Below the pieces are notes generated by a model. That model did not search any database, was not told the origin of the DNA, and saw nothing but the letters and a program-made list of their open reading frames with translations. A stretch of DNA of 48,503 nt, from contig NW_021834457.1 of NCBI RefSeq assembly GCF_006345805.1, positions 1-48,503 on the forward strand. Direction: 5' to 3'. Within the stretch, counting starts at the first letter, position 1. Every line of letters starts with the position of its first letter. Position numbers and translations under genes: made by a program. This stretch comes from Octopus sinensis. Taxonomy: Eukaryota. Below are positions 11,640-22,973 of the stretch, one piece after another.

Positions 11640-11990
11640 GACTCTCAATTACTCGTTGCATCAGTGTCCTCCAGTCAGTTCTATCCTGGGTCGCTTCTTT
11701 CAGATTGGCTATGTCCATTCCGGTATCACTCTTGATGGTGTCAAACCAGCGGGTTCTTGGTCGGCCTCTTCCTCTCTTGCCACTGACCATTCCGAGCATG
11801 ATGTCCTTCTCCAGGGATTTTCTCCGCATAAAATGACCAAAATATGCCAATCTATGCTTGGTGACCCTAGCTTCTAGTGGCAGTTTCAGCTTGATCTGGT
11901 TAAGGACTTCTCCATTGGTGAGCCTCGCTGTCCATGGAATCCGCATAAGTCTTCTCCAGCACCAAAGCTCAAATGCCCCCTTCAAAGTCT
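11640..11990 (-). mobile_element. RTE/BovB-like LINE ORF C-terminal fragment
   Basis: AFELWCWRRLMRIPWTARLTN...YFGHFMRRKSLEKDIMLGMVSGKRGRGRPRTRW is the characteristic post-RT region of RTE elements. Confidence 0.88.
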
Positions 11991-12110
11991 AACCGTTCTC
12001 CTCACCGTGGTGCTGGGGGATGGCAACGGCATATGGTAAGTATGCTGGCTAAACAGCTCTGACCTGGGGAAAGACCTGGTCACCTACCCCAGTATCTTGG
12101 CCAATATGGT

Positions 12111-12494
12111 GGAAGCACTCCGTCGGTTACGACGATGGGGGTTCCGGTTGATCCGAATCAACGGAACAGCCTGCTTGTGAAATTAACATGTAAGTGGCTG
12201 AGCACTTCACAACACGTGTACCCTTAACATAGTTCTCGGGGATATTCAGCCTGACACAGAGTGTGACAAGGCCGGCCCTTTGAAATACAGGTACAACAGA
12301 AACAGGAAGTAAGAGTGGGAGAAAGTTGTGGTGAAAGAGTACAGCAGGGATCACCACCATCCCCTGCCAGAGCCTCGTGGAGCTTTTAGGTGTTTTCGCT
12401 CAATAAACACTCACAACGCCCGGTCTGGGAATCGAAACCGCGATCCTATGACCGCGAGTCCGCTGCCCTAACCACTGGACCATTGCGCCTCCAC
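12111..12494 (-). mobile_element. SINE family C with 14-bp TSD
   Basis: TSD atcttggccaatat at 12094-12107 and 12496-12509. Confidence 0.92.
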
Positions 12495-13012
12495 AATCTT
12501 GGCCAATATACTCTATGGATCAAAAGTGTAAGAATTGTTAGTACGCTGGGCAAAATGCTTAGCGGCATTTCCTGTGTCTTTCTGCTCTGAGTTCAAATTC
12601 CATCTAGGTCCACTTTGCCATTAATCCTTTTGGGGGGTCAATGAATTAAGGACCAGTCAAGCACTGGTATCGATGTAATTGACTTGCCCCATCACCCAAA
12701 ATTGCCGGCCTTGTGCTAAGAAGCTTGCTCCCTACCCCACCCCACCCCCAACCACATGGTTCCGAGTTCAGTCCCACTGCATGACACCTTGGGCAAGTGT
12801 CTTCTACTATAGCCCCGGGCTGGCCAAAGAGTTGTTGGTGGATTAGACAGACAGAAACTAAAAGAATCCCATTATATATATATGTGTGTGTGGGGGGGGG
12901 TCTTTGGGCCTGTGTTTGTCCCCAACCACCGTTTGACAACTGGTATTGATTTGTTTACGTCCCCGTAACTTAGCAGTTCAGCAAAAAAAACAAAAAATAA
13001 CGAATGAAATTA

Positions 13013-13408
13013 GGCACAGGAGTGGCTGTGTGGTAAGTAGCTTGCTTACCAACCACATGGTTCCGGGTTCAGTCCCACTGCGTGGCACCTTGGGCAAGTG
13101 TCTTCTACTATAGCCTCAGGCCGACTAAAGCCTTGTGAGTGGATTTGGTAGACGGAAACTGAAAGAAGCCCATCATATATATGTATATATATATATGTAT
13201 GCGTGTGTGTGTATATGTTTGTCCCCCTAGCATTGCTTGACAACCGATGCTGGTGTGTTTACGTCCCCGTCACTTAGTGGTTCGGCAAAAGAGACCGATA
13301 GAATAAGTACTGGGCTTACAAAAGAATAAGTCCTGGGGTCGAGTTGCTTGATTAAAGTCGGTGCTCCAGCATGGCCACAGTCAAATGGCTGAAACAAGTA
13401 AAAGGTAA
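13013..13408 (+). mobile_element. SINE family A
   Basis: Full-length copy about 50 nt from the RWDD1 exon 4 donor. Confidence 0.9.
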
Positions 13409-13454
13409 AAGCTATCAAAGAAGAAATGAAGTTGGTCGTTAGGATCCTCCTCAC

Positions 13455-13598
13455 CTGTTCTGATTCTTCTTGCTCTTTCTGTTTCCGCAGTTCTTCCTTC
13501 TCTCTTTCTTGTTTGTTTTGCTCAATGATATCATTAATCTTCTCTTGGACAGCGGAGACAATTGTGAACACCATTACCATTCCAAGGGTTTCTTGGGC
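13455..13598 (-). CDS. RWDD1: RWDD1 coding exon 4 (AQETLGMVMVFTIVSAVQEKINDIIEQNKQEREKEELRKQKEQEESEQ)
   Basis: Strong match to human AEENLGMVMIFTLVTAVQEKLNEIV as recalled. 144 nt, phase 0/0, donor CAG|GTGAGG. The acceptor is an unusual GAG (see findings). Confidence 0.93.
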
Positions 13599-13742
13599 CT
13601 CGAATGAAAAGCAAAAAAAAAATGGCTTATTTAATGCAAAGTACACCACAAAGCTAGAAATATAAAAATATATGAAGAGAGAGAGAAAGAGAGACAAACA
13701 GACAGATAAGTTTTGATATCCTGGTGTTGGATATATAATTAA

Positions 13743-13960
13743 CCCTTTAGTGTTCAGATTATCAATCAAACATAATGCCTATTGATTCACATTGATTTGA
13801 ATTAATCATGCATTATCTCATATCTTCAAGATCTTGATGGTGTAATTACTTAATGTAGAATAACATTGTAGGGTAGGTGTGAGAGCCTGGATCTGGTCAG
13901 TTTGAACATAAAACAGATTAACTATTTTGGCCGGATATGGCCGGTTTAAATACTAAAGGG
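13743..13960. mobile_element. piggyBac-type MITE
   Basis: TTAA|CCCTTTAG ... CTAAAGGG|TTAA, 218 bp. Confidence 0.85.
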
Positions 13961-15239
13961 TTAAACGAAGCAGGGGGGAATTACACAAGACTCAAAGCTC
14001 TCAATCAACGGCTCTCGGTGAACTGCTAACCAATCCAAACTGCCAACTGCTCACAGGTCTTTATTTTATAACAATGAGTGAGTCAACCTTTAGTCACATG
14101 GGAGGTGGTTAGAATCCTTCTACAAAATAAATTAACCCTTTTGAGGTACTACTTAAATACAAAGGTCCCGACGCATCTGTGTAACTCTAACCCTAACCAA
14201 CCCTAAATGTTTACTAGGTGCTTTTTTTACATGCCATCAGCACCAATGACGTCACCATGCAGCTCGCAAGACTACAAACCCCAAGAGAGGCAGGAGTCAG
14301 TTCAATATATATATTGTAAGGGTTTGATTAATTGCATCGACAAATGTTGCTGACGAATCATAGACAATTATGTGAGTATAATTTGCATATTTTGTTGATG
14401 AAGAAACAATTGTACAACATTAATCCATTATTTAGTTGTATTTCAATTTCATAGCGTTGATTGTAGTGCTATTTCTATGTGGAATTATCGTTGGTAACTA
14501 CCGGTGGAGCTATTTCTAGCACTAGAGTTAACATATTCAAAGTTGGCTCTCTTATATTTACGGATAAATATGTATTTGTCTCCCTGGTTTATTGTGCTAG
14601 GTCGCTTGGTGTTAAAATAAGGGTATTATTGAATTAATATCTAAAATTTTTTTCACCCTCATTATTGAACATATATATATATATATATATTGAATAGTGA
14701 GAATGAGTGCTCAACACTGTATTGATGTATAAAGATTATGGGTTAAGGCTACCATCAGTTTCACATCAAGAAAACCCTTGACAATTATCAAGCCTATCAC
14801 ATGCAGCATCAGTGTTTGTCTCCATTTTGAATTGCATGTGTGTATGTGTGTGTGTGAGAGAGAGAGTTTGTGTGTGTCAACATGTCTTGACATTATGTGA
14901 CAGGTGGAAATGACAGTCACCGTCATACAAATGATATCATTTGTTTCCAATCTTCTACAAAACATATCCCGTTATTGGGGAAGATATTGCCTTGTTTGGT
15001 AATACAAGTATGGATTTAATAACAGAAGACCATCCGACCATAGAAAATATGCTTCAACAAATTCCATCCGACTCATGCCAGCATAGAAAAGCGAATATTA
15101 AAACAATGATAATGATTGCCTAGGGACGGATGGACAAACGCACACACACACATGTTGTTTGATGAATCAAAGAATTTGTTAATGGCGAAAGACTTAATGA
15201 ACAAACAGTGGAGAGTTACAAGTTATCATAATTGGATAT

Positions 15240-15621
15240 GGAAGCACTCCGTCGGTAACGACGATGAGGGTTCCGGTTGATCCGAATCAACGGAACAGCC
15301 TGCTCGTGAAATTAACGTGTAAGTGGCTGAGCACTCCACAGACACGTGAACCCTTAACGTAGTTCTCGGGGATATTCAGCGTGACACAGAGAGTGACAAG
15401 GCCATCCCTTATGATACAGGTACAACAGAAACAGGAAGTAAGAGTGAGAGAAAGTTGTGGTGAAAGAGTAGAGCAGGGATCACGACCATCCCTGCCGGAG
15501 CCTCGTGGAGCTTTAGGTGTTTTCGCTCAATAAACACTCACAACGCCCGGTCTGGGAATCGAAACCGCGATCCTATGACCGCGAGTCCGCTGCCCTAACC
15601 ACTGGGCCATTGCGCCTCCAC
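15240..15621 (-). mobile_element. SINE family C, 16 nt from the RWDD1 exon 3 donor
   Basis: TSD aattgga at 15230-15236 and 15622-15628. Confidence 0.92.
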
Positions 15622-15637
15622 AATTGGAGATAATTAC

Positions 15638-15765
15638 CAATTCGTTCATATCTTCCAAGATGACATTCACTTTCACGTCGTCCAAGTTCTGGTAATCCAA
15701 GATTTCCATGATCGGAACCGAGTCTGGGTAGTCATCGTCGAGAGTAAACTGGAGGGTGATCGTAA
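15638..15765 (-). CDS. RWDD1: RWDD1 coding exon 3 (ITITLQFTLDDDYPDSVPIMEILDYQNLDDVKVNVILEDMNEL)
   Basis: Contains the RWD YPxxxP motif (YPDSVP). Acceptor ttattttccag, donor TTG|GTAATT, 128 nt. Confidence 0.95.
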
Positions 15766-15844
15766 CTGGAAAATAAGATTAAGGTTTGACCCTTTAACGT
15801 TCAGATTAATTTGTCAAAAGTAATCCCTTATTTTTCTTTCTTTC

Positions 15845-16288
15845 TTTTTTTTTTTCTTTTACTTGTTTCAGTCATTTGATTGTGGCCATGCTGGAGCACT
15901 GCCTTTAGTCGAGCAACTCGACCCCGGGACTTATTCTTTTGTAAGCCTAGTACTTATTCTATCAGGTCTCTTTTGCCGAACCGCTAAGTGATGGGGACGT
16001 AAACACACCGGCATCGGTTCTCAAGCAATGCTAGGGGGACAAATACAGACACACACACGCATATATATATATATATATATATATATTGCCAGCTCTGCCT
16101 GGCACCTGTGCAGGTGGCACGTAAAAGACACCCACTACACTCGCGGAGTGGTTGGCATTAGGAAGGGCATCCAGCGGTAGAAACACTGCCAGATCTGACT
16201 GGGCCTGACGAAGCCTTCCAGCTTCACAGACCCCAGTTGACCCGTCCAACCCATGCTAGCATGGAAAGCGGACGCTAAATAATGATGA

Positions 16289-16327
<39 letters not shown>

Positions 16328-16525
16328 TATATACATATATATATACACATATACATATATATGACAGGCTTCTTTCAGTTTCCATCTACCAAATCCACTC
16401 ACAAGGCATTAGTCGGCCCGGGGCTATAGCAGAAGACACTTGCCCAAAATGCCACGCAGTGGGACTGAACCCGGAACCATATGGTTGGTTAGCAAGCTAC
16501 TTACCACACAGCCACTCCTGCGCCT
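15845..16525 (-). mobile_element. SINE family A interrupted in its (TA)n linker by a family D element (16087-16290)
   Basis: 3' half at 15845-16065, D insert, then head half at 16330-16525. Confidence 0.85.
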
Positions 16526-17115
16526 ATTGATTCATATTTTTTAAAAAAATCTGATATTATTTTGTAGCTTCAAGATAGGAAAGATGTAATTGCTTATTTT
16601 TAGAATGACATTGTAGGGTAGGTGTGAGAGACTGGTTCTGGTCAGTTTGAGCATAAAATGTGTAGAATATTTGGGCCGGATACGGTCAGTTTAAACATCA
16701 TCATCATCAGAAAAGCTGGCGCTCCACCGGTTATAACAATGATTGTTCCAGTTGATCTGATCAATAGAACAGCTCGTGAAGTTAATGTGCAAGTGGTTGA
16801 GTACACCACAGACATGTGTACCCTTAACGTAATTCTCAGGGAGATTTAGCGTGACACTGAATGTGACAAGGCTGACCGTGTGAAATTTATTTTTGCCAAC
16901 GGAGTGGCTTGCAAAAAAATCGTCCTGGGATCAATCTGTTTGACTGAACCAGGCCTGGCCAATTCAAATTACATTGTGGGTCACTTTAATCCCAGAAGGT
17001 GTTTGGAGGGCCGCTTGTATCCTGACAGAATTGAAAGCATTTTGCTTTCTCGTGCTATTATTACAATAATGATCGTTGATTCAACATGAAATATTATCGT
17101 TCCAAAAACAGTAGT

Positions 17116-17630
17116 CATCATCATCATCATTTAACCCCTTCATTACCAACCCGGCTGAAACTACCTCTGGCTCTGAGTACAAATGTCTTGTTTTCAAAAG
17201 TTTTGAACTAAAATTTTCTACCAAACCTTAGTCACAATTTATATTCCTAACACTAGTTGAATGATAAGTAAGTTATTTTACTAAATTCTTTGTTATATTC
17301 AAAGTAATTGAAAGAAGCACAGAGCATCTCAAAATAAATACAGTAACGAAAGGGTTAACATCCGCTTTCCATGCTGGCATGGGTTGGCCGATTTTAACTG
17401 AGGACTGGCAAACCAGATGGCTGCACCAATCTTGATCTGGCAGAGTTTCTACAGCTGGATGCCCTTCCTAACGCCAACCACTCCGAGAGTGTAGTGGGTG
17501 CTTTTACGTGCCACTGACATGGGGGCCAGTCAGGCGGTACTGGCAATGACTTCGCTTGAATCTTTACACATGCCACCGGCACAGGGGGCCAGTAGGGCGA
17601 TGCTGGTAACGATCACGCTTGAATGGTGTT
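17116..17630 (-). mobile_element. Family D element carrying a nested piggyBac MITE, itself inside a hAT MITE
   Basis: The (cat)n tail and tttaac junction are split by a TTAA-flanked insert. Confidence 0.75.
17135..17354. mobile_element. piggyBac-type MITE, second family
   Basis: TTAA|CCCCTTCATTAC ... GTAACGAAAGGG|TTAA, 220 bp. Confidence 0.8.
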
Positions 17631-17850
17631 TATTTTTCTTTTTTTTTACTTTCCATTGCAATCTTTAATTTTTGATAAAATTTTTAAAAGGTTTGTTTAA
17701 ATAAATTCATTTCAAGAAAGTATCAAGCGGGGCCGCAAGATAAAAGTCTGCGTGGTGCACGAAGCCCGCAGGTCTAAGGTTGGCCAGCCCTGGACTAAAC
17801 CTTATTAGGTAGAGCCCCAGCATGACCACAGTCTAATGACTGAAACAAGT

Positions 17851-18085
17851 CGAAGGCGGCGAGCTGGCAGAAACGTTAGCACGCCGGGCGAGATGCGTAG
17901 CCGTATTTCGTCTGCCGTTACGTTCCGAGTTCAAATTCCGCTGAGGTCGACTTTGCCTTTCATCCTTTCGGGGTCGATAAATTAAGTACCAGTTACGCAC
18001 TGGGGTCGATATAATCGACTTAATCCGTTTGCCTGTCCTTGTTTGTCCCCTCTGTGTTTAACCCCTTGTGGGTAGTAAAGAAATA
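17851..18085 (+). mobile_element. SINE family B monomer with 17-bp TSD, inserted in a SINE A tail remnant
   Basis: TSD taatgactgaaacaagt at 17834-17850 and 18086-18102. Confidence 0.92.
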
Positions 18086-19181
18086 TAATGACTGAAACAA
18101 GTAAAGGATTCAATAATGTCAAAATATAATTTTTAAAAAAACCAATCAGAAAAGTCTGCAGAAACGACAGTCGGAGTTGTCTCCCCTGCTTTCTAGAAAA
18201 CCAAAATGATTTTTCATTTCAAGGATTGTTACATCATCATCACTTAGCAGCCCTTTTGCGGAATATTCTGCTGTTTTAATTTAGACACAAGGCCAGCAAT
18301 TTTATGAGGGAACAGTGTGAGTCGATACGACCGCTCCCCACAAGTGCCTGTACGGTACTTTACTTTATCGACCCTGGAAGGATGAAAGGCAAAGTTGAAC
18401 TAGGCAGGATTTGAACTCAGGACATAAAAAGCCAGAAGAAATGTCATGAAACAGTTTGTCCAGCAAACAAACAATTCTGACAATTCTGAACCCGGAACCA
18501 TGTGGTTGGTTAGCAAGCTACTTACCACACAGCCCTATGTATTTTGAAGATAATGGAACCAAATTTTTATCATTTCGAACCACTCACCCAACGAATATTT
18601 CCGCCAAATTTGGTGAAAATCTGTTTGGTCATTTTCCAGTCATTTTGCAAACACACAGACAGGTGATTATAATACCCTCTTTCACTTACATGTGCAGGGT
18701 AATAATAATAATAATGATGATGATGATTATTTCAAATTTTTGTCACAAGGGCAGCATTGGGGAGGTGGGGATGAGTCGATTACATCAACCCCAGTGCGCA
18801 ACTGGTACTTAATTTATCAACCCCGAAAGGATGAAACGTAAAGTCAACCTCTGTGAAATTTGAACTCAGAATGTAGGTTTGTTTAAATAAATTCATTTCA
18901 AGAAAGTATCAAGCAGGCCGCAAGATAAAAGTCTGCGTGGTCATTTGATAAAAGTCATTTGACTGCGGCCATGCTGGGGCACCACCTTTAATCGAGCAAC
19001 TCGACCCCAGGACTTTTGCGGAACGGGTGAAATACCGCTAACCATTTCGTCCAGTGTGCTAACGATTCTGCCCATCTCGCCACCTTAATAATTATTTAAT
19101 TATTCACCCAAATTTGTCAATTAGTCACACAATTAGAGAATAAAGAGAAAAAAAAAATATTTTAAAAGTTGCAGAACATAC

Positions 19182-19259
19182 TTAAATCTTCTGGTTCCTC
19201 TTCAGTTTGTTGTGACGAAAGTTCTATGGCAAATATATAATTTGGTTCCGTTTCCAAAA
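19182..19259 (-). CDS. RWDD1: RWDD1 coding exon 2 (VLETEPNYIFAIELSSQQTEEEPEDL)
   Basis: Pyrimidine-rich acceptor ending ttttcag and donor A|GTATGT. 78 nt, phase 1/1, compatible with exons 1 and 3. RWD-domain beta strand followed by an acidic loop. Confidence 0.88.
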
Positions 19260-19404
19260 CTGAAAAGAAAAGGGTTAAATTACAATAACCACACACAAAC
19301 CCACAAATAATTCTACTCGCTACTTAAGTTCTTCAATCCTTATGGAACCAAAACCATTTATGACTTTTCTCAACTCTGGGTTATCTTGTCTGCTATTCTC
19401 CAAT

Positions 19405-19640
19405 TGGATCCCTAATTATTCAGTTCTACCCCAGTATCCCACCTCTAGCTATTTCTAGGGTGTCTTCTCTTCCACGTCCCTTGTGGCTTTCAGGTGAGGG
19501 CCTGATGTGTTACGCAAGCTGTTCGTTTCCTTAAGGTTGGTCTATCCATCTTTCCAGATTTTGCTATACTGCATCAGGTTTCTCTGGGGAAAGAAGGCCT
19601 TCATCTCCAGCATCTTGTTGCTTTAGAACCATTATCAATT
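19405..19640 (-). mobile_element. Degenerate RTE LINE 3' fragment
   Basis: The minus strand reads VTHQALT*KPQGTWKRRHPRNS*RW, a decayed version of the RTE motif xTRQALxWxPQGxRxRGRPxxxWRR. Confidence 0.6.
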
Positions 19641-19709
19641 TTTGTAACTTTGCTTTTTTTCTAGATAGAGCTGTTGGTCCTATACAAACCTATTATATGA
19701 TTGATTGAT

Positions 19710-20075
19710 AGGAGTGGCTGTGTGGTAAGTAGCTTGCTAACCAACCACATGGTTCCGGGTTCAGTCCCACTGCATGTCATCTTGGGCAAGTGTCTTCTGC
19801 TATAGCCTGGGGTTGACCAATGCCTTGTGAGTGGATTTGGTAGACGGAAACTGAAAGAAGCCTGTCGTATATATGTATGTGTGTGTGTGCCTGTGTTTGT
19901 CCTCCTAGCATTGCTTGACAACCGATGCTGGTGTGTTTACGTCCCCGTCACTTAGCGGTTCGGCAAAAGAGACCGATAGAATAAGTACTGGGCTTACAAA
20001 GAATAAGTCCTGGGGTCGATTTGCTCGACTAAAGGCGGTGCTCCAGCATGGCCTCAGTCAAATGACTGAAACAAA
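19710..20075 (+). mobile_element. SINE family A with A-rich tail
   Basis: Consensus match, ending gaaac followed by an A-run. Confidence 0.9.
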
Positions 20076-20320
20076 AAAAAAAAAAAAAAAAAAAGACAGA
20101 TAGATATAGATATATATCTTTTGTTGCAGTCATCAGTGCGGCCATGTTGGGGGTAGTGCCTTGAAGGGCTTTGCTCAAATGAATCAACCCTGGTACTTAC
20201 TTTTTAAAACTGGAGCTCATTCTATGGGTCTCTTTTGCTGAATGATGTTTTGGGAATGTAAACAAACCAACACTAGTTGTCAGTCAAGGGTAGGGGACAA
20301 ACACATATATACATTAACAT

Positions 20321-20363
<43 letters not shown>

Positions 20364-20524
20364 CGAGTTAGAAAACAGAGAGATGTAATAGATACAAATT
20401 AATTTATTAATTAATCAACATGTTAACCAACAACTGTTTCATTTCACAAACAAGATTGAAATTACAAAACATAATAAATTAATTTGGAGATCCTTGACTC
20501 AATGGATCTCCTCAAGCACAGGGT

Positions 20525-20918
20525 TAAAGAAACACCGTTTCGACCCTGTGCTCGAGGAGATCCATTGAGTCAAGGACACCAACATCAAAATCAATGGAAA
20601 CTGCATTTGTGATCCCTGTGCCAGTGGCACCTAAAAAGCACCATCCGAACGTGGCCAATGCCAGCACCGCCTAGACTGGCTTCCGTGCTGGTGGCACGTA
20701 AAAAGCACCAATCCAATCGTGGTCGTTGCCAGCCTCGCCCGGCACCTGTGCCGGTGGCACCCACTACACTCTCGGAGTGGTTGGCGCTAGGAAGGGCATC
20801 CAGCTGTAGAAACTTTGCCAGATCAGATTGGTGCAGCCTTCTGGCTTCCCAGATCCCCGGTCGAACCGTCCAACCCATGCTAGCATGGAAAACGGACGTT
20901 AAACGATGATGATGATGA
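20525..20918 (+). mobile_element. Long family D element with a folded-back 5' end
   Basis: The 5' extension matches the reverse complement of 37225-37275. Internal ~60-bp modules, (gat)n tail. Confidence 0.75.
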
Positions 20919-20945
20919 TTTTAAATATTTATTAACTCTTTCATT

Positions 20946-20976
<31 letters not shown>

Positions 20977-21050
20977 ACACACACACTGGATGTTCTTGGT
21001 AACTGGCTATACAATATTTATGTTTTATTTCTGATCACACAGATCACCAA

Positions 21051-21378
21051 GCATGGCATCTTGGGCAAGTGTCTTCTGCTATAGCCCCGGGCCGACCAAT
21101 GCCTTGTGAGTGGATTTGGTAGACGGAAACTGAAAGAAGCCTGTCGTATATATATATATATGTATATAAGTGTGTCTGTGTTTGTCCCCCTAGCGTTGCT
21201 TGACAACCGATGCTGGTGTGTTTACGTCCCCGTCACTTAGCGGTTCGGCAAAAGAGACCGATAGAATAAGTACTGGGCTTACAAAGAATAAGTCCTGGGG
21301 TCGATTTGCTTGACTAAAGGTGGTGCTCCAGCATGGCCGCAGTCAAATGACTGAAACAAGTAAAAGAGTAAAGAGTAA
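21051..21378 (+). mobile_element. SINE family A (head truncated)
   Basis: Consensus match from gcatggcatcttgggcaag onward. Confidence 0.85.
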
Positions 21379-21580
21379 GCATTATTGTGAACTGGCTTTA
21401 TTGCATAGCCTTATTTTCTTTTTTTCAACTGAAAAAAAAAATTAAATTAAAACTAAGTTATTTCTTAATAACAATAATAATCCTTTCTGCCATAGGCACT
21501 AAGCCTAACGATTCTGCCAGCTCGTTGCCTGATAATAACGATGATGGCTTCAAATTTTGGCACGGGACCAGTAATTTTAA

Positions 21581-21801
21581 CCCTTTAGCATTTAAACCGG
21601 CCGTATCCGGCCAAAAGTATTCTACCTATTTTATGTTCAAACTGGCCAGATCAGGTCTCTCACACCAGCCCTACAATATCGTTTTAAAAATCAACAGCTA
21701 CCTCATCAAAATCTCATAACTCCAAGATAATGCCTGATTAGTTCAGGGTAATGTGGATAAAAAAGGATTAATTTTGGCAGAATAACGTGAACACTAAAGG
21801 G
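21581..21801. mobile_element. piggyBac-type MITE, same family as 13743-13960, opposite orientation
   Basis: TTAA|CCCTTTAG ... CTAAAGGG|TTAA, 221 bp. Shares the ccgg(a/c)catatccggcc-like subterminal motif. Confidence 0.85.
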
Positions 21802-22059
21802 TTAAGGGGAAGTGGTAGTTCAGTATATAGACCCTAGTACTCGACTGGTACTTATTTTATCGACACTGAGAGACATGAAAGGCAAAGTCGAACTCGGCGG
21901 AATTTGAACTCAGAAGAAATGACACTAAGCACTTTGTCCGATGCCCTAACGAGTCTACTACAACGATAACAACAAGAATAATATCAGTCAACATGCAACT
22001 TATAAATCTAGACTTGTGAGCTTTATTAAATGACTTCTGACGATGAAGATCCACTGCTA

Positions 22060-22463
22060 CTCTTTATTCTCTCTCTCTCTCTTTTACTTGTTTCAGTCAT
22101 TTGACTGCGGCCATGCTGGAGCACCGCCTTTAGTCGAGCAAATCGACCCCAGGACTTATTCTTTTGTAAGCCCAGTACTTATTCTATCGGTCTCTTTTGC
22201 CGAACTGCTAAGTAACGGGGACATAAACACACCAGCATCGGTTGTCAAGCAATGCTAGGGGGACAAACACACACATACATACATATATATATACATATAT
22301 ACGACGGGCTTCTTTCAGTTTCTGTCTACCAAATCCACTCATAAGGCTTTGGTCGGCCCGAGGATATAGTAGAAGACACTTGCCTAAGGTGCCATGCAGT
22401 GGGACTGAACCCGGAACCATGTGCTTGGTAAGCAAGCTACTTACCACACAGCCACTCCTGCGC
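22060..22463 (-). mobile_element. SINE family A with cta target duplication
   Basis: Flanked by cta at 22057-22059 and 22464-22466. The empty-site version is at about 23030-23045. Confidence 0.88.
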
Positions 22464-22559
22464 CTAGTTTTTTTTTCAGTTTGTTGCTTTTATGTTATAT
22501 TATTAAAGCATGAGGAAGTGTAAATATTTATATAGACTCGACAACAAAAACAAATACCA

Positions 22560-22973
22560 GATCTTTTCGGTTTGAACGGCAGCTTTTTCTAGCGGTGTCA
22601 TATGAAATTGTCACCCATAATTATGACCCTAGTATCCATCTATAGCATTTCAATCTGTTTTAGGGTTAGGGTTGGGGGGAAGGGTATCTTTTTTTTCTTC
22701 AGAAATGTAAATAAACCCAATCTGTTTCTTAAACGAGGGACATATTCACACGGCACAGAATGTTTTTTTTATCTCAATAGACGTCAATGATTGGTTAAAA
22801 TTGCAGAAATTGAAGAAAAATAACAACAAATATCATACAAACTTTAGAATTTTCTCAATAAAGCCAAGAGAAAAAGATGTTTTATAAACACTTTCGACCA
22901 GTATACGAAGTTTAAAAGTGTTTAGTTACGTGGAAATTATGTTAAAAACTGCCGTTCAAACCGAAAAGATCCC
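22560..22973. mobile_element. MITE with ~28-bp TIRs (superfamily unassigned)
   Basis: gatcttttcggtttgaacggcag(c)ttttt ... aaaaactgccgttcaaaccgaaaagatc. No clear TSD. Confidence 0.85.

Larger units (their letters stand above)
16950..17792. mobile_element. hAT-superfamily MITE with nested insertions
   Basis: TIRs CAGGCCTGGCCAA and CAGGGCTGGCCAA (12/13 match). 8-bp TSD gactgaac / gactaaac (7/8 match). Confidence 0.75.

Noticed and set aside
14340-15130. Possible Penelope-like remnants (14590-14680 resembles 23120-23200 reversed; also 47650-47990)
   Set aside because: Repeat similarity is visible, but I could not read an RT or GIY-YIG motif, so the class is unsupported.
22650-22680. Telomere-like ttagggttaggg (also ccctaa near 14190)
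   Set aside because: Only two units, internal to a MITE. Not an interstitial telomeric array.
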